From a virus: a stretch of 64,000 bases of DNA. Location of the stretch: the IMG/VR virus record IMGVR_UViG_3300029134_000184. One strand, 5' to 3'. Positions 37,960-46,603 of the stretch are shown one piece after another. The position numbers and the translations under genes are program-made. Each line of letters begins with the position of its first letter. The first letter of the stretch is position 1. The notes beneath the pieces are model-generated. The model searched no databases, was not told the origin of the DNA, and worked only from the letters and a program-made list of their open reading frames with translations.

Positions 37960-38688
37960 GTGACAAAAGAAGTAGCAGAGCTTCAAAAAATAATTGATAA
38001 TCACGACAATATTGTATTCTTTGGAGGCGCCGGAGTATCAACCGAAAGCGGCATCCCTGACTTCAGGAGTAAAGACGGGCTATATAACCAGAAATACAAA
38101 TACCCACCGGAGACAATCCTGAGCAATATGTTTTTCTACAGACGTCCGGAAGAATTTTTCAGGTTCTACCGCGATAAGATGATTTGCGATACAGCAAAGC
38201 CGAATGCAGCTCATTTAAAGCTTGCAGAGTTAGAGCATGCCGGAAAGGTCAAGGCGATTGTCACACAGAACATTGACGGCCTGCACCAGATGGCCGGCAG
38301 TAAGAACGTGCTTGAACTACATGGCAGTATTTACAGAAATCACTGCAAAAAATGCGGCAGGGAATACGGTCTTGATGCTGTAAAGAATTCCGAAGGAGTC
38401 CCGAAATGTGAATGTGGAGGGATAATCAAACCAGATGTGGTGCTGTATGGCGAAAACCTGAACGACGATATTATGAACAGGGCAGCAAAAGCAATCAATG
38501 AAGCCCAGGTACTTATTGTCGGAGGCACATCTTTGTCAGTATGGCCTGCCGCAAGTCTTATCGATTATTTCCGCGGTAATCACCTGATAGTGATTAACAA
38601 AACCCAGGCTGAGAGAGACTCGTTTGCAGACCTGGTAATCCGTGAACCTATCGGTGAGGTTTTTTCGCAAACTGTGGCGAAAAAATAA
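37960..38688 (+). CDS. cobB: Sir2-family NAD-dependent protein deacylase (CobB-like)
   Basis: FFGGAGVSTESGIPDFRS and zinc ribbon CKKCG..CECGG. GTG start 7 nt after GGAGGTG. Confidence 0.75.
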   Translation: MTKEVAELQKIIDNHDNIVFFGGAGVSTESGIPDFRSKDGLYNQKYKYPPETILSNMFFYRRPEEFFRFYRDKMICDTAKPNAAHLKLAELEHAGKVKAIVTQNIDGLHQMAGSKNVLELHGSIYRNHCKKCGREYGLDAVKNSEGVPKCECGGIIKPDVVLYGENLNDDIMNRAAKAINEAQVLIVGGTSLSVWPAASLIDYFRGNHLIVINKTQAERDSFADLVIREPIGEVFSQTVAKK

Positions 38689-38898
38689 TTTTAAAAAAAA
38701 TTCAAAAAAAGTGTTACAAAAAATTTTTTATTTTGCATATTAAATATGTAAGCAAAAATGAGATAGAAATAATTGACCTCGAGCCTTGCCGGAAAGGTAA
38801 TCCTCCTGCCGATTTTTATTTGTATTTTCATTTTGCAAAATATATATAAGCGCACAAAAGAAGCGCAAAAAAAATAAATCTAACAGGAGGAAAAACCA

Positions 38899-39306
38899 AT
38901 GCAGAATAAAGCAAAAAGAAAAATTGATTACAAGAGGGTATTGTGGTGCCTTGCTATGATGGTGCTGGGAACTATGATGTTTATGGTTCCAGCGTTTGCT
39001 AAAGCTCCAAGCGCAACAAAGACTATGACCAACTTGATTAGCTTAATGTGCTCTATGTTTAAGTTTGTTGGAGCCGCAATTTTCGTATGGGCAATCATTC
39101 AGTTTATTCTTGCAACAAAACGTTCTGATGCAGATTCAAAAGCTGATGCTGTTCAGACTGCTGTATGTGGTATTGCTCTTATGGGCATCGCCGCTATCGT
39201 TACAGCTCTTGGTATTGGTTCCGCTATCGATGATGAGAACGCAAAATTTACTGACGACAGACTGTCTGGTAATGGCGGCAGTGGCGGCAGTGGCGGTGGA
39301 AATTGA
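38899..39306 (+). CDS. small secreted two-TM membrane protein (pilin/VirB2-like or holin-like), Gly-rich C-terminus
   Basis: Signal peptide ..MVPAFA|KAP, two hydrophobic helices, GNGGSGGSGGGN tail. Confidence 0.35.
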   Translation: MQNKAKRKIDYKRVLWCLAMMVLGTMMFMVPAFAKAPSATKTMTNLISLMCSMFKFVGAAIFVWAIIQFILATKRSDADSKADAVQTAVCGIALMGIAAIVTALGIGSAIDDENAKFTDDRLSGNGGSGGSGGGN

Positions 39307-39356
39307 TACCATGCTCCACAATAATAAATTGATATGCTAAAAATTTAGCTGTCGCA

Positions 39357-39446
39357 TTAGTCATGAGCTAGACGGCTCTACTTTTTAAGTACATAAAAAT
39401 ATCGTTTATGCTTGCTCTGGTAACGAGTCGGCAACGGCGAGTTATC
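39357..39446. repeat. copy B of the 12497..12660 intergenic repeat (right arm plus core only)
   Basis: ~95 bp, 3 mismatches to 12563..12652. The left arm is deleted. Confidence 0.55.
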
Positions 39447-39596
39447 AAAAATATAATAAATAAAACAAAAAAGCAGGCTCTTAAGCCTGCCTTTTGCTTT
39501 GTCAAAAATCCGCAAAAATTTGAGACAATTCAGAAAATAATGTATAATAATATAAAGAAAAAAATAATCAAAAAATTAAGAAAGAAGGCCCTCCTT

Positions 39597-40382
39597 ATGA
39601 ATGAAAATACAAAAAATACATTAAAAAGTATATCAAAAATCGTATTGACGATAATGGCATATAGAACTTACGACGTTGCAAAAGTTATAAGTGCTGTTTT
39701 GTGTCTGATGGCAGCTCATCAGCAAATTACTTCCGGAAAAGCTACGTTTTTCCTTACTGTTGTATTGTATCTTTTTACATATCCAATGATATCAGTTATA
39801 ATCCACCTCCTTTTGTTGATACCAAAATATATCTCCAAATTCATATTGATGTTTATGAAAGGTGGTAATGAAACTGGATTTGACGGATTTAATGGTTATA
39901 ATGATTATGGATATGGTAACTCTGATGGATATTATGATTATGATGGGTATTATAGACGTGATTACGGTAATCAAAATTATAGCAATCATCAGTATCAGAA
40001 TAATTACAATCAAAACGCTGGAAATAGCCATCAAAATTCCAATAGTTCAGATGATAGTTACAACAGAGCATATGAGGAATTCAAGCGGCAGTATAATCAG
40101 TATTATTATCAGAAAAATAATGCAAATTCCGGAAGCAGCAGCCAGAACAGCAATAGAGGTAATTCATACAACAATAATCGGTCATCAGGAAGCACATCTC
40201 ATGTAAGCGATTATGAAAAAGCTTTAAAATTCTACGGCTTAAAAGTTCCATTTACAGAGAAAGAATTAAAGGAAAAACGCAGAAAAATGATGAAGACCGC
40301 ACACCCGGATGCTGGAGGCAGCACTAATGAGGCGGAAACAATTAACCAATATTATGATATTTTGAAAAAATATGCGAACTAA
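39597..40382 (+). CDS. J-domain (DnaJ-like) protein with TM region and N/Y/G-rich low-complexity segment
   Basis: C-terminal J domain with HPD motif (KRRKMMKTAHPDAGGS). Start uncertain (alternative 39540). Confidence 0.55.
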   Translation: MNENTKNTLKSISKIVLTIMAYRTYDVAKVISAVLCLMAAHQQITSGKATFFLTVVLYLFTYPMISVIIHLLLLIPKYISKFILMFMKGGNETGFDGFNGYNDYGYGNSDGYYDYDGYYRRDYGNQNYSNHQYQNNYNQNAGNSHQNSNSSDDSYNRAYEEFKRQYNQYYYQKNNANSGSSSQNSNRGNSYNNNRSSGSTSHVSDYEKALKFYGLKVPFTEKELKEKRRKMMKTAHPDAGGSTNEAETINQYYDILKKYAN

Positions 40383-40440
40383 CAGGCAAGAATTTTGCAT
40401 ATTGTATATGTAAAATTTTACAGAAAAGGAGAAAAAAATA

Positions 40441-41796
40441 ATGAGTACTTCAAAAAAAATTACTTTAACCCTTATTTGCCTGCTAAGTATTATATTAGGA
40501 ACCGGATATTTTCTTGGCCTGGCATATTTTCAAACACATTTTAAAATCGGAACAGAAATAAATGGTTTTAACTGCTCGTTCAAATCGATAGACGATGCAG
40601 ATGCATTGCTGTCGCGGGAAGTGCAGAGCTATGCAATGGCTGTTAACACCAGAAACGGCGGCGTAGAAAAGATATCTGCGGACGATGTCGGAATGGCGTT
40701 TGCCGGAAAAGATGAACTGATTGATATGGTAAATCATCAAAACTACAATTTATGGTTCCTGCCAGAAAATACAAACGTCACTCTTCCAGTTGGATGTTAT
40801 CAGATTGATGAAACAAAAATGGACGAAGAGTTTAACAGCCTGAAATGTATGAACAATATGGTGAAGCCTGAAAGCGCACATATCGTTGAGACTAATGATT
40901 TTTATCAGGTGGCATCAGCCGTAAAGGGTAACGAGCTTGACGTAAACAAAACCCGTCAGATAATTGAAACAGCAATCAGGCAATGGCAACCGGAAGTAGA
41001 CCTGGAATCATCAGAATGTTACATTGAAGCAGAAGATATTGATGAAGATGTATTGCAGCAGAGATGTGACTTGTTAAATTCAATCCAGGATACAATCATT
41101 ACATATGACTTTGGGGATAGAAAAGAAACAGTAGATTTTGAGAAAATAAAAGATAAATTTATAAATAATGACTATGAACTGAGTTCTAAAAAAATCCAAA
41201 AATATATTGAAAAACTGGCAGAAAAATATGATACTGTCGGAGTTGAGAGAAAATTTGTCACGTTTGATGACAGAACCGCCAGTGTCACAGGTGGTGATTA
41301 CGGATGGAAGATAAGTGTAAATGATACAGCGTTAGAGCTGATGAACCTTATAACAGAAGATACGCTTGATGTCGTAAAACCAGTATACGTCCAGACCGCT
41401 GCAAGCAGGATGAAAAACGACATCGCTCATTCTTATCTTGAAATTGATGCTTCAAATGATATTGCTGTGATGTATGTTGACGGAAAACCAGTAGTCCAGT
41501 CAAAGATTAAAGTTAATGGAGACATCGCGACAGGCTGCTATAAAGTCCAGGGTAAACAGGACATAACTGACGATGGAAGGATAAGAAATATTTCATTTGG
41601 AAACTCGAGCATTTATCAATATACAGGAAATGAGTCTTCCGGTTTTTCCGGCTCTGATGATATTTCAGGATTCTCATCAAATGGAGTGAAAGAAAATTGT
41701 GCAGCTGTGGACGAAACCGGTATGACGACAATTTTTAATACTATGCAGGATACATGGCCTGTAATCGTTTATAATAATGAAAATATTGGAGGTTAA
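40441..41796 (+). CDS. membrane-anchored hypothetical protein (possibly cell-wall associated)
   Basis: N-terminal TM helix, large extracytoplasmic region. No confident family. Confidence 0.4.
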   Translation: MSTSKKITLTLICLLSIILGTGYFLGLAYFQTHFKIGTEINGFNCSFKSIDDADALLSREVQSYAMAVNTRNGGVEKISADDVGMAFAGKDELIDMVNHQNYNLWFLPENTNVTLPVGCYQIDETKMDEEFNSLKCMNNMVKPESAHIVETNDFYQVASAVKGNELDVNKTRQIIETAIRQWQPEVDLESSECYIEAEDIDEDVLQQRCDLLNSIQDTIITYDFGDRKETVDFEKIKDKFINNDYELSSKKIQKYIEKLAEKYDTVGVERKFVTFDDRTASVTGGDYGWKISVNDTALELMNLITEDTLDVVKPVYVQTAASRMKNDIAHSYLEIDASNDIAVMYVDGKPVVQSKIKVNGDIATGCYKVQGKQDITDDGRIRNISFGNSSIYQYTGNESSGFSGSDDISGFSSNGVKENCAAVDETGMTTIFNTMQDTWPVIVYNNENIGG

Positions 41797-41803
41797 GAAT
41801 TTT

Positions 41804-42367
41804 ATGGAAGATAAAAAAGAAAGTGACGAAAAAGTGAACAATAAAAAAATTATTCGTCATACTATAGTTGTATATTTGACAATAGCTGTTGCGACATTCA
41901 CTGCAGTAGTGCTTTTATACTCATGTGTGCTTATAAACGCGTACATCCCGTCCGAATCTATGGAAACGACCTTAATGACAGGCGACAGGGTAATCGGCAA
42001 CCGTCTCGCTTACAAATTTGGCCACGACCCGGAAAGATTCGATGTTGTAATATTCTATGCCCCTGATTCCGGTGAACTCTATATAAAAAGGGTAATCGGA
42101 ATGCCTGGCGAAACAGTGACCATCAATGATGGAAAGGTTTATATTAATGATTCTGATGCTCCACTTGATGATTCTTTCATCAGAGAACCAATGGAGACAG
42201 AAGGTAAAAGCACATATAAAGTACCTGAGGACAGTTATTTCATGATGGGTGATAACAGAAACGAGTCTTATGATTCAAGATTCTGGGACAACCCATATGT
42301 ATCAAAAGATAAAATCGTCGCAAAAGCTTCTTTAAGATACTGGAAGGGTATCAAAATTGTTAAATAA
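41804..42367 (+). CDS. lepB: type I signal peptidase (S26, LepB/SipS-like)
   Basis: SPase boxes PSESMETTL (Ser), YIKRVIGMPGE (Lys), GDNRNESYDSRFWD. Confidence 0.8.
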   Translation: MEDKKESDEKVNNKKIIRHTIVVYLTIAVATFTAVVLLYSCVLINAYIPSESMETTLMTGDRVIGNRLAYKFGHDPERFDVVIFYAPDSGELYIKRVIGMPGETVTINDGKVYINDSDAPLDDSFIREPMETEGKSTYKVPEDSYFMMGDNRNESYDSRFWDNPYVSKDKIVAKASLRYWKGIKIVK

Positions 42368-42436
42368 TGCCGTACTTAATAACCAGTCGGCAACAGAAAC
42401 ATTTTGACAAAAAATAAAACAGGAGGAAAAAGTCAA

Positions 42437-43720
42437 ATGGATAAAAATAAGAAGACCACTGAAGATGACTTAGAAGAGAAAGACGTCATAATCGGGGCAG
42501 AAGAAGCAGACGACGAAATAGAAGACGATGACCTTGAAGAAGATGACAGCTATGAAGAAGAAGCTGAGGAAGAGGAGGAAGAGGAGGAAGAGGAGGAAAA
42601 GGAGCCATCAAAAAACTCAAAGAACTCAAAGCCTCAAAAATCAAAACCATCTAAGCCATCCAAGCCGCAAAAAGAGCCAAAAAAGAAAGTTAAAAAGAAA
42701 CAGGAAGAGTATGAAGATGAAGAGGAATATGAAGACGATGACGAATATGATGATGATTACGACAACGATGAGGGCGGCGGAAAGACAAAAATTATTATCA
42801 TCGCAGTTGTGATTGCAGCTGCAGTCGCTGCGGCAGGTATCTTCATGTATAACAAAATCACAAAGGATAATGAAGCAGAGCAGCAGCGCCAGGAGCAGAT
42901 TGAACAGCAGGCGCAGGCAGATGAAGCTCAGAAGAAAATCCAGGAGGCTAATGAAGCTGAAGCAAAGAAAAATGCGGAAGAAAATCAGGACGTAGATGAT
43001 GAAGAAGAAGAGGAAACTCCAACCCCGACAGAAGAACCTGTCGCTACATCTACTCCAAAACCGCTTCCAACAGCAACTCCAACAGCAACACCTTTCCCGG
43101 AGGATACAACTGATGATACTTATTACACACCTGACGATAACGATGGTGTTGTAAATGTTTCAAATGATGGAACAACAGGTGGAATATCAAATGATACAGA
43201 AGATGTTCAGCCAGAAGCGACACAGGCACCGGCAGGGGTTATCTTTGTAGGAGATTCAAGATTCCGTGCTATGGCTAACATCGCAACAGACAACTCAGAC
43301 CTTTGGGAATGTTCTTCAACCGGAGACTACAACTGGCTGACAGGAACAGCGTTTACAGATGTAGACCCGAGAGTCGGAAAAGGCACAAAAGTATTTATAA
43401 GCATTGGAATTAATGACCTGACACAGTACCAGTCTTACGCATCAGCAATTGTAGCGAAAGCTCAGGAATGGAATGCGAAAGAGGCAACGGTTTACTTTGT
43501 ATCAGTTGGACCTGTAGGTTCTGACAGCTATATCTTAAACCAGGATATCGTAAATTATAATACATACCTGTATCAGAGTTTTGCAAATGCAGGCGTTTAC
43601 TACATCGATGCATATAACTATCTTGTTCAGTCTGGATATGACACAACTGACGGAGAAAACTATACAGATGCCACAAGCATGGCATTATACAACTACATCA
43701 ACAGCCTTATCGGACGGTAA
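42437..43720 (+). CDS. membrane protein with acidic/Lys/Pro-rich linker and C-terminal SGNH/GDSL-like hydrolase domain
   Basis: Central TM IIIIAVVIAAAVAAAGIFMY. C-terminus FVGDSRF ... GINDL resembles SGNH blocks I and III. Confidence 0.45.
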   Translation: MDKNKKTTEDDLEEKDVIIGAEEADDEIEDDDLEEDDSYEEEAEEEEEEEEEEEKEPSKNSKNSKPQKSKPSKPSKPQKEPKKKVKKKQEEYEDEEEYEDDDEYDDDYDNDEGGGKTKIIIIAVVIAAAVAAAGIFMYNKITKDNEAEQQRQEQIEQQAQADEAQKKIQEANEAEAKKNAEENQDVDDEEEEETPTPTEEPVATSTPKPLPTATPTATPFPEDTTDDTYYTPDDNDGVVNVSNDGTTGGISNDTEDVQPEATQAPAGVIFVGDSRFRAMANIATDNSDLWECSSTGDYNWLTGTAFTDVDPRVGKGTKVFISIGINDLTQYQSYASAIVAKAQEWNAKEATVYFVSVGPVGSDSYILNQDIVNYNTYLYQSFANAGVYYIDAYNYLVQSGYDTTDGENYTDATSMALYNYINSLIGR

Positions 43721-43744
43721 GACTGCACAAAATACAGCCAAAAA

Positions 43745-43870
43745 AAAGGCAATGTCATTAAGATAAGCATTCCATAGCAAAACAGACTATACATAAAAAG
43801 TGTATGGCCTGTTTTTTTTGTAACAATTCACTTCTATTAATATGAAGCGCTTATCTTAATGACATTGCTT
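43745..43870. repeat. intergenic repeat copy 1 (inverted-repeat-bounded ~110-bp element)
   Basis: GGCAATGTCATTAAGATAAGC ... GCTTATCTTAATGACATTGC termini. Near-identical copy at 45118..45355. Confidence 0.5.
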
Positions 43871-43944
43871 CCGACGGTGCTTTTTTGCATTTACAAAAAT
43901 CCAACATATTATTTACAAATTATAACGAAAGGAAGAAAAAGATT

Positions 43945-45099
43945 ATGGAATATAAAAAAGAGAATGGAACCTTAATTTTAGGAAGCGTTGAGGAAATGAG
44001 AATGTTTGCTAATGGACATATCACCATAAACCATGATAACGTTAAGCATCTCGTATATAACGGAACTCCACTTCCTCTTGGTTACAGATGTGCATTGGAG
44101 TTTATAATGCTTGATTTAAATAATCTCAAAGATATTACGATTAAAAATGACCAAAATTTTAAATCTGTTAATGGTATTATCTATTCACAAGATGGTGAAA
44201 AGCTTATATTTTGTCCAAATGGGACAACCGGAAAAATTGTAATTCCAGATGGAGTAAAAACAATTTCAAAAAATGCTTTTATGTTGTGTAAAATATCTGA
44301 AGTAGTGATTCCAAATTCTGTTGAAATAATTGGAGACTCCGCTTTTGGACAGTGCGAATACCTGAAACAAGTATTTTTTTCTCCAGACAGTAAGTTGAAA
44401 GAGATAAAATCGGACGCGTTTTTTGGATGCAAAATGTTGTCTGAAATTACTCTCCCGGATAATTTATCCACAATGCGCGATAGCGTATTCAGGGGCTCAG
44501 GACTTAAACATTTTACGTTTCCTAAATATATTGAGTATATTGGAAATAATATTTTCGAAAGTTGTGCTATAAAAAAAATAAATGCACCAAAGGAACTTTA
44601 TGTAAATCATTGTTATTTGGATATTTTAAAATCATGCTGTACGAATCAATGCGATAAAGTTGATACGACTAACGCATTTATCTTTCATATGGAAGAGGTG
44701 AAGCCAATTGTTATTCCAAAGTGCGTAGATAGTCTTAAAGCTCTTTATACAGTAAAAGAAAAGATTGATGCCTTTTTAATGCAGAAAGAGGCAAATGTAC
44801 CAGAATTGTATAAATATGGAGCAAATAATGAAAGCAGAGAAGACGCAGCAGTATTGCAATATCAAACTTACAAATCTGAGCATGCTTACCGTTCAGTTCT
44901 TGTAAAATCATCAAAAATTGCAAAAAGAAAAGCCGAAACGAGTGAATCAGAACTGATGGAATTCATAATGCTGGACATTTGGAAACCAAAAGCTTTAAAA
45001 ACTATGTTGCAAATTGCTGAAGAAAAAGAATATCCTATTGCAACGGCATATATTCTGGATAAACTACCCAAAAAGAGAGGCAACAAACTCAGCTTGTAA
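43945..45099 (+). CDS. BspA-type leucine-rich-repeat protein
   Basis: Repeated IPDGVKTISKNAFxxCKxxxEVVIPNSVEIIGDSAF pattern. Confidence 0.65.
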   Translation: MEYKKENGTLILGSVEEMRMFANGHITINHDNVKHLVYNGTPLPLGYRCALEFIMLDLNNLKDITIKNDQNFKSVNGIIYSQDGEKLIFCPNGTTGKIVIPDGVKTISKNAFMLCKISEVVIPNSVEIIGDSAFGQCEYLKQVFFSPDSKLKEIKSDAFFGCKMLSEITLPDNLSTMRDSVFRGSGLKHFTFPKYIEYIGNNIFESCAIKKINAPKELYVNHCYLDILKSCCTNQCDKVDTTNAFIFHMEEVKPIVIPKCVDSLKALYTVKEKIDAFLMQKEANVPELYKYGANNESREDAAVLQYQTYKSEHAYRSVLVKSSKIAKRKAETSESELMEFIMLDIWKPKALKTMLQIAEEKEYPIATAYILDKLPKKRGNKLSL

Positions 45100-45117
45100 C
45101 ATCAGAGCACCGCCGGA

Positions 45118-45355
45118 GGCGGCAATGTCATTAAGATAAGCATTCCATAACAAAACAGACTATACATGAAAAGTGTATGGCCTGTTTTTTTGTAACAATT
45201 CACTCGGTGAGCTTATGCTCACCTTCACCAGACTTCGAACGTAGTTCTTCGTTGGCAGAAAAAAAAGATGGTCTTTGACCAGAAGCCCCACTTCGGCGCG
45301 AGCAAGTGGCGGGTAGTTCAGTGGCGTAAAACACTTATCTTAATGACATTGCCAA
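45118..45355. repeat. intergenic repeat copy 2 with ~130-bp internal insertion
   Basis: Same termini as 43745..43870. Extra segment 45216..45345 containing hairpin GGTGAGCTTATGCTCACC. Confidence 0.5.
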
Positions 45356-45554
45356 AAAAGGCTGTATTTTTTTTGCAAAAAAATTTGCAAAAACCGAACC
45401 AAAAAGTTTTTTTTCTGCATATTGTAATTGCGAATATTTTGATAGAAAAGGAGGTTGTTTACAATAGGCGGGAACGCGCTTGCCCGTCAGGTAAAAGTAA
45501 GACAGCGCCCGCCTGGTACACGCGAGATAATCGCGGTATCGCAAAAAGAAAAAA

Positions 45555-46409
45555 ATGAAAAAGAACCAAAAAATAGGAGCAAAAGAAAGTAAGCGTAAAA
45601 AGAAAAAGAAAAAAGGAATATCAGCCAGCGATATAGTGCTGATGCTGATATTTATAGTAGCGCTTACAGTAGCTGCTTTTGCCGGATACAGACTGTATTC
45701 TATCATGATGGAGTACAAAGCCGGCGTTGATGAGTATTCCCAGATTGCCGACACGGTAGTCAAGGAAAGGGATGCTGACAAAGAAAAAATCAAGAAACTG
45801 AAAGATGCAGAAACAGGCGAAGAAGTCAAGCACTGGGAATCACCGCTTGATATCGACTTTAAGGAACTTAAATCTATCAACCCGGATGTAGCCGGATGGA
45901 TATATATGGAAGCTCTTCCTGATATCAGTTACCCGATTGTTCAGGGTGATGACAATGAATTTTATTTACACCATACTTATAAGAAGGAATCCATTTTTGC
46001 AGGCTCGATTTTTGTTGACTGTAAGAATTCAAAAGATTTCTCTGACCAGAACACAATTGTGTATGGTCATAACATGAAAAACGGCTCTATGTTTGGAACC
46101 CTTAAAAACTACAAGCTGCAGGAGACAGTAGATAAGAGCCCTTATTTCTGGATTATCACGAAAAAGGATGCATATAAGTACAAAATCTTTTCAATATATA
46201 CCGCCAATGTTGACGGCGATACATATACCTTAATAAAAGGCCCTGGAAAGGAGACCGTTGAGTATGCAAATAATATGAAAGCAAAATCCAATATTGATAT
46301 GGGTGAGTTTGACTTTAAGGAAACTGACAAAATCGTCACGCTGTCAACCTGCACCGGAGACACAGCGACAAGATTTGTTGTCCAGGGAGTGAGAGTTGAA
46401 CCGGAGTAA
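45555..46409 (+). CDS. srtB: class B sortase
   Basis: N-terminal TM. Catalytic His in YGHNM and Cys in LSTCTGD (TLxTC motif). RBS-poor but preceded by phage promoter at ~45417. Confidence 0.75.
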   Translation: MKKNQKIGAKESKRKKKKKKGISASDIVLMLIFIVALTVAAFAGYRLYSIMMEYKAGVDEYSQIADTVVKERDADKEKIKKLKDAETGEEVKHWESPLDIDFKELKSINPDVAGWIYMEALPDISYPIVQGDDNEFYLHHTYKKESIFAGSIFVDCKNSKDFSDQNTIVYGHNMKNGSMFGTLKNYKLQETVDKSPYFWIITKKDAYKYKIFSIYTANVDGDTYTLIKGPGKETVEYANNMKAKSNIDMGEFDFKETDKIVTLSTCTGDTATRFVVQGVRVEPE

Positions 46410-46603
46410 ACGGCAAGAAGGCTGCCGCGGCCGAGTTTATGTAACTTCACAAAATTTTCAAAAAATGTTTCAAAAAATTTTTTATTTGTCATATTAACAG
46501 TAAGCAGCTGAGAAATCAGTTTCTTGCAGCCCGAAAAGCTGCAAAAGAACCAGCAAAAAAATATCGCAAAAGAGCGAAAAAAAACAAACAGGAGATAATA
46601 AAA

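Noticed and set aside
39792-40206. Ile/Met-rich and His/Asn-rich ORFs overlapping the J-domain protein
   Set aside because: Alternate-frame readings of the AT-rich N/Y/G low-complexity segment of 39597..40382.
42528-42995. Lys/Arg-rich ORFs in alternate frame of the acidic linker of 42437..43720
   Set aside because: Frame-shifted reading of a GAA/GAG/AAG-rich low-complexity region. The in-frame acidic protein has RBS and domain support.
45216-45345. Possible tRNA or tRNA fragment in the insertion within repeat copy 2 (GGGTAGTTCAGTGG resembles a D-loop)
   Set aside because: No complete cloverleaf (no acceptor stem/T-arm) could be assembled in either orientation.
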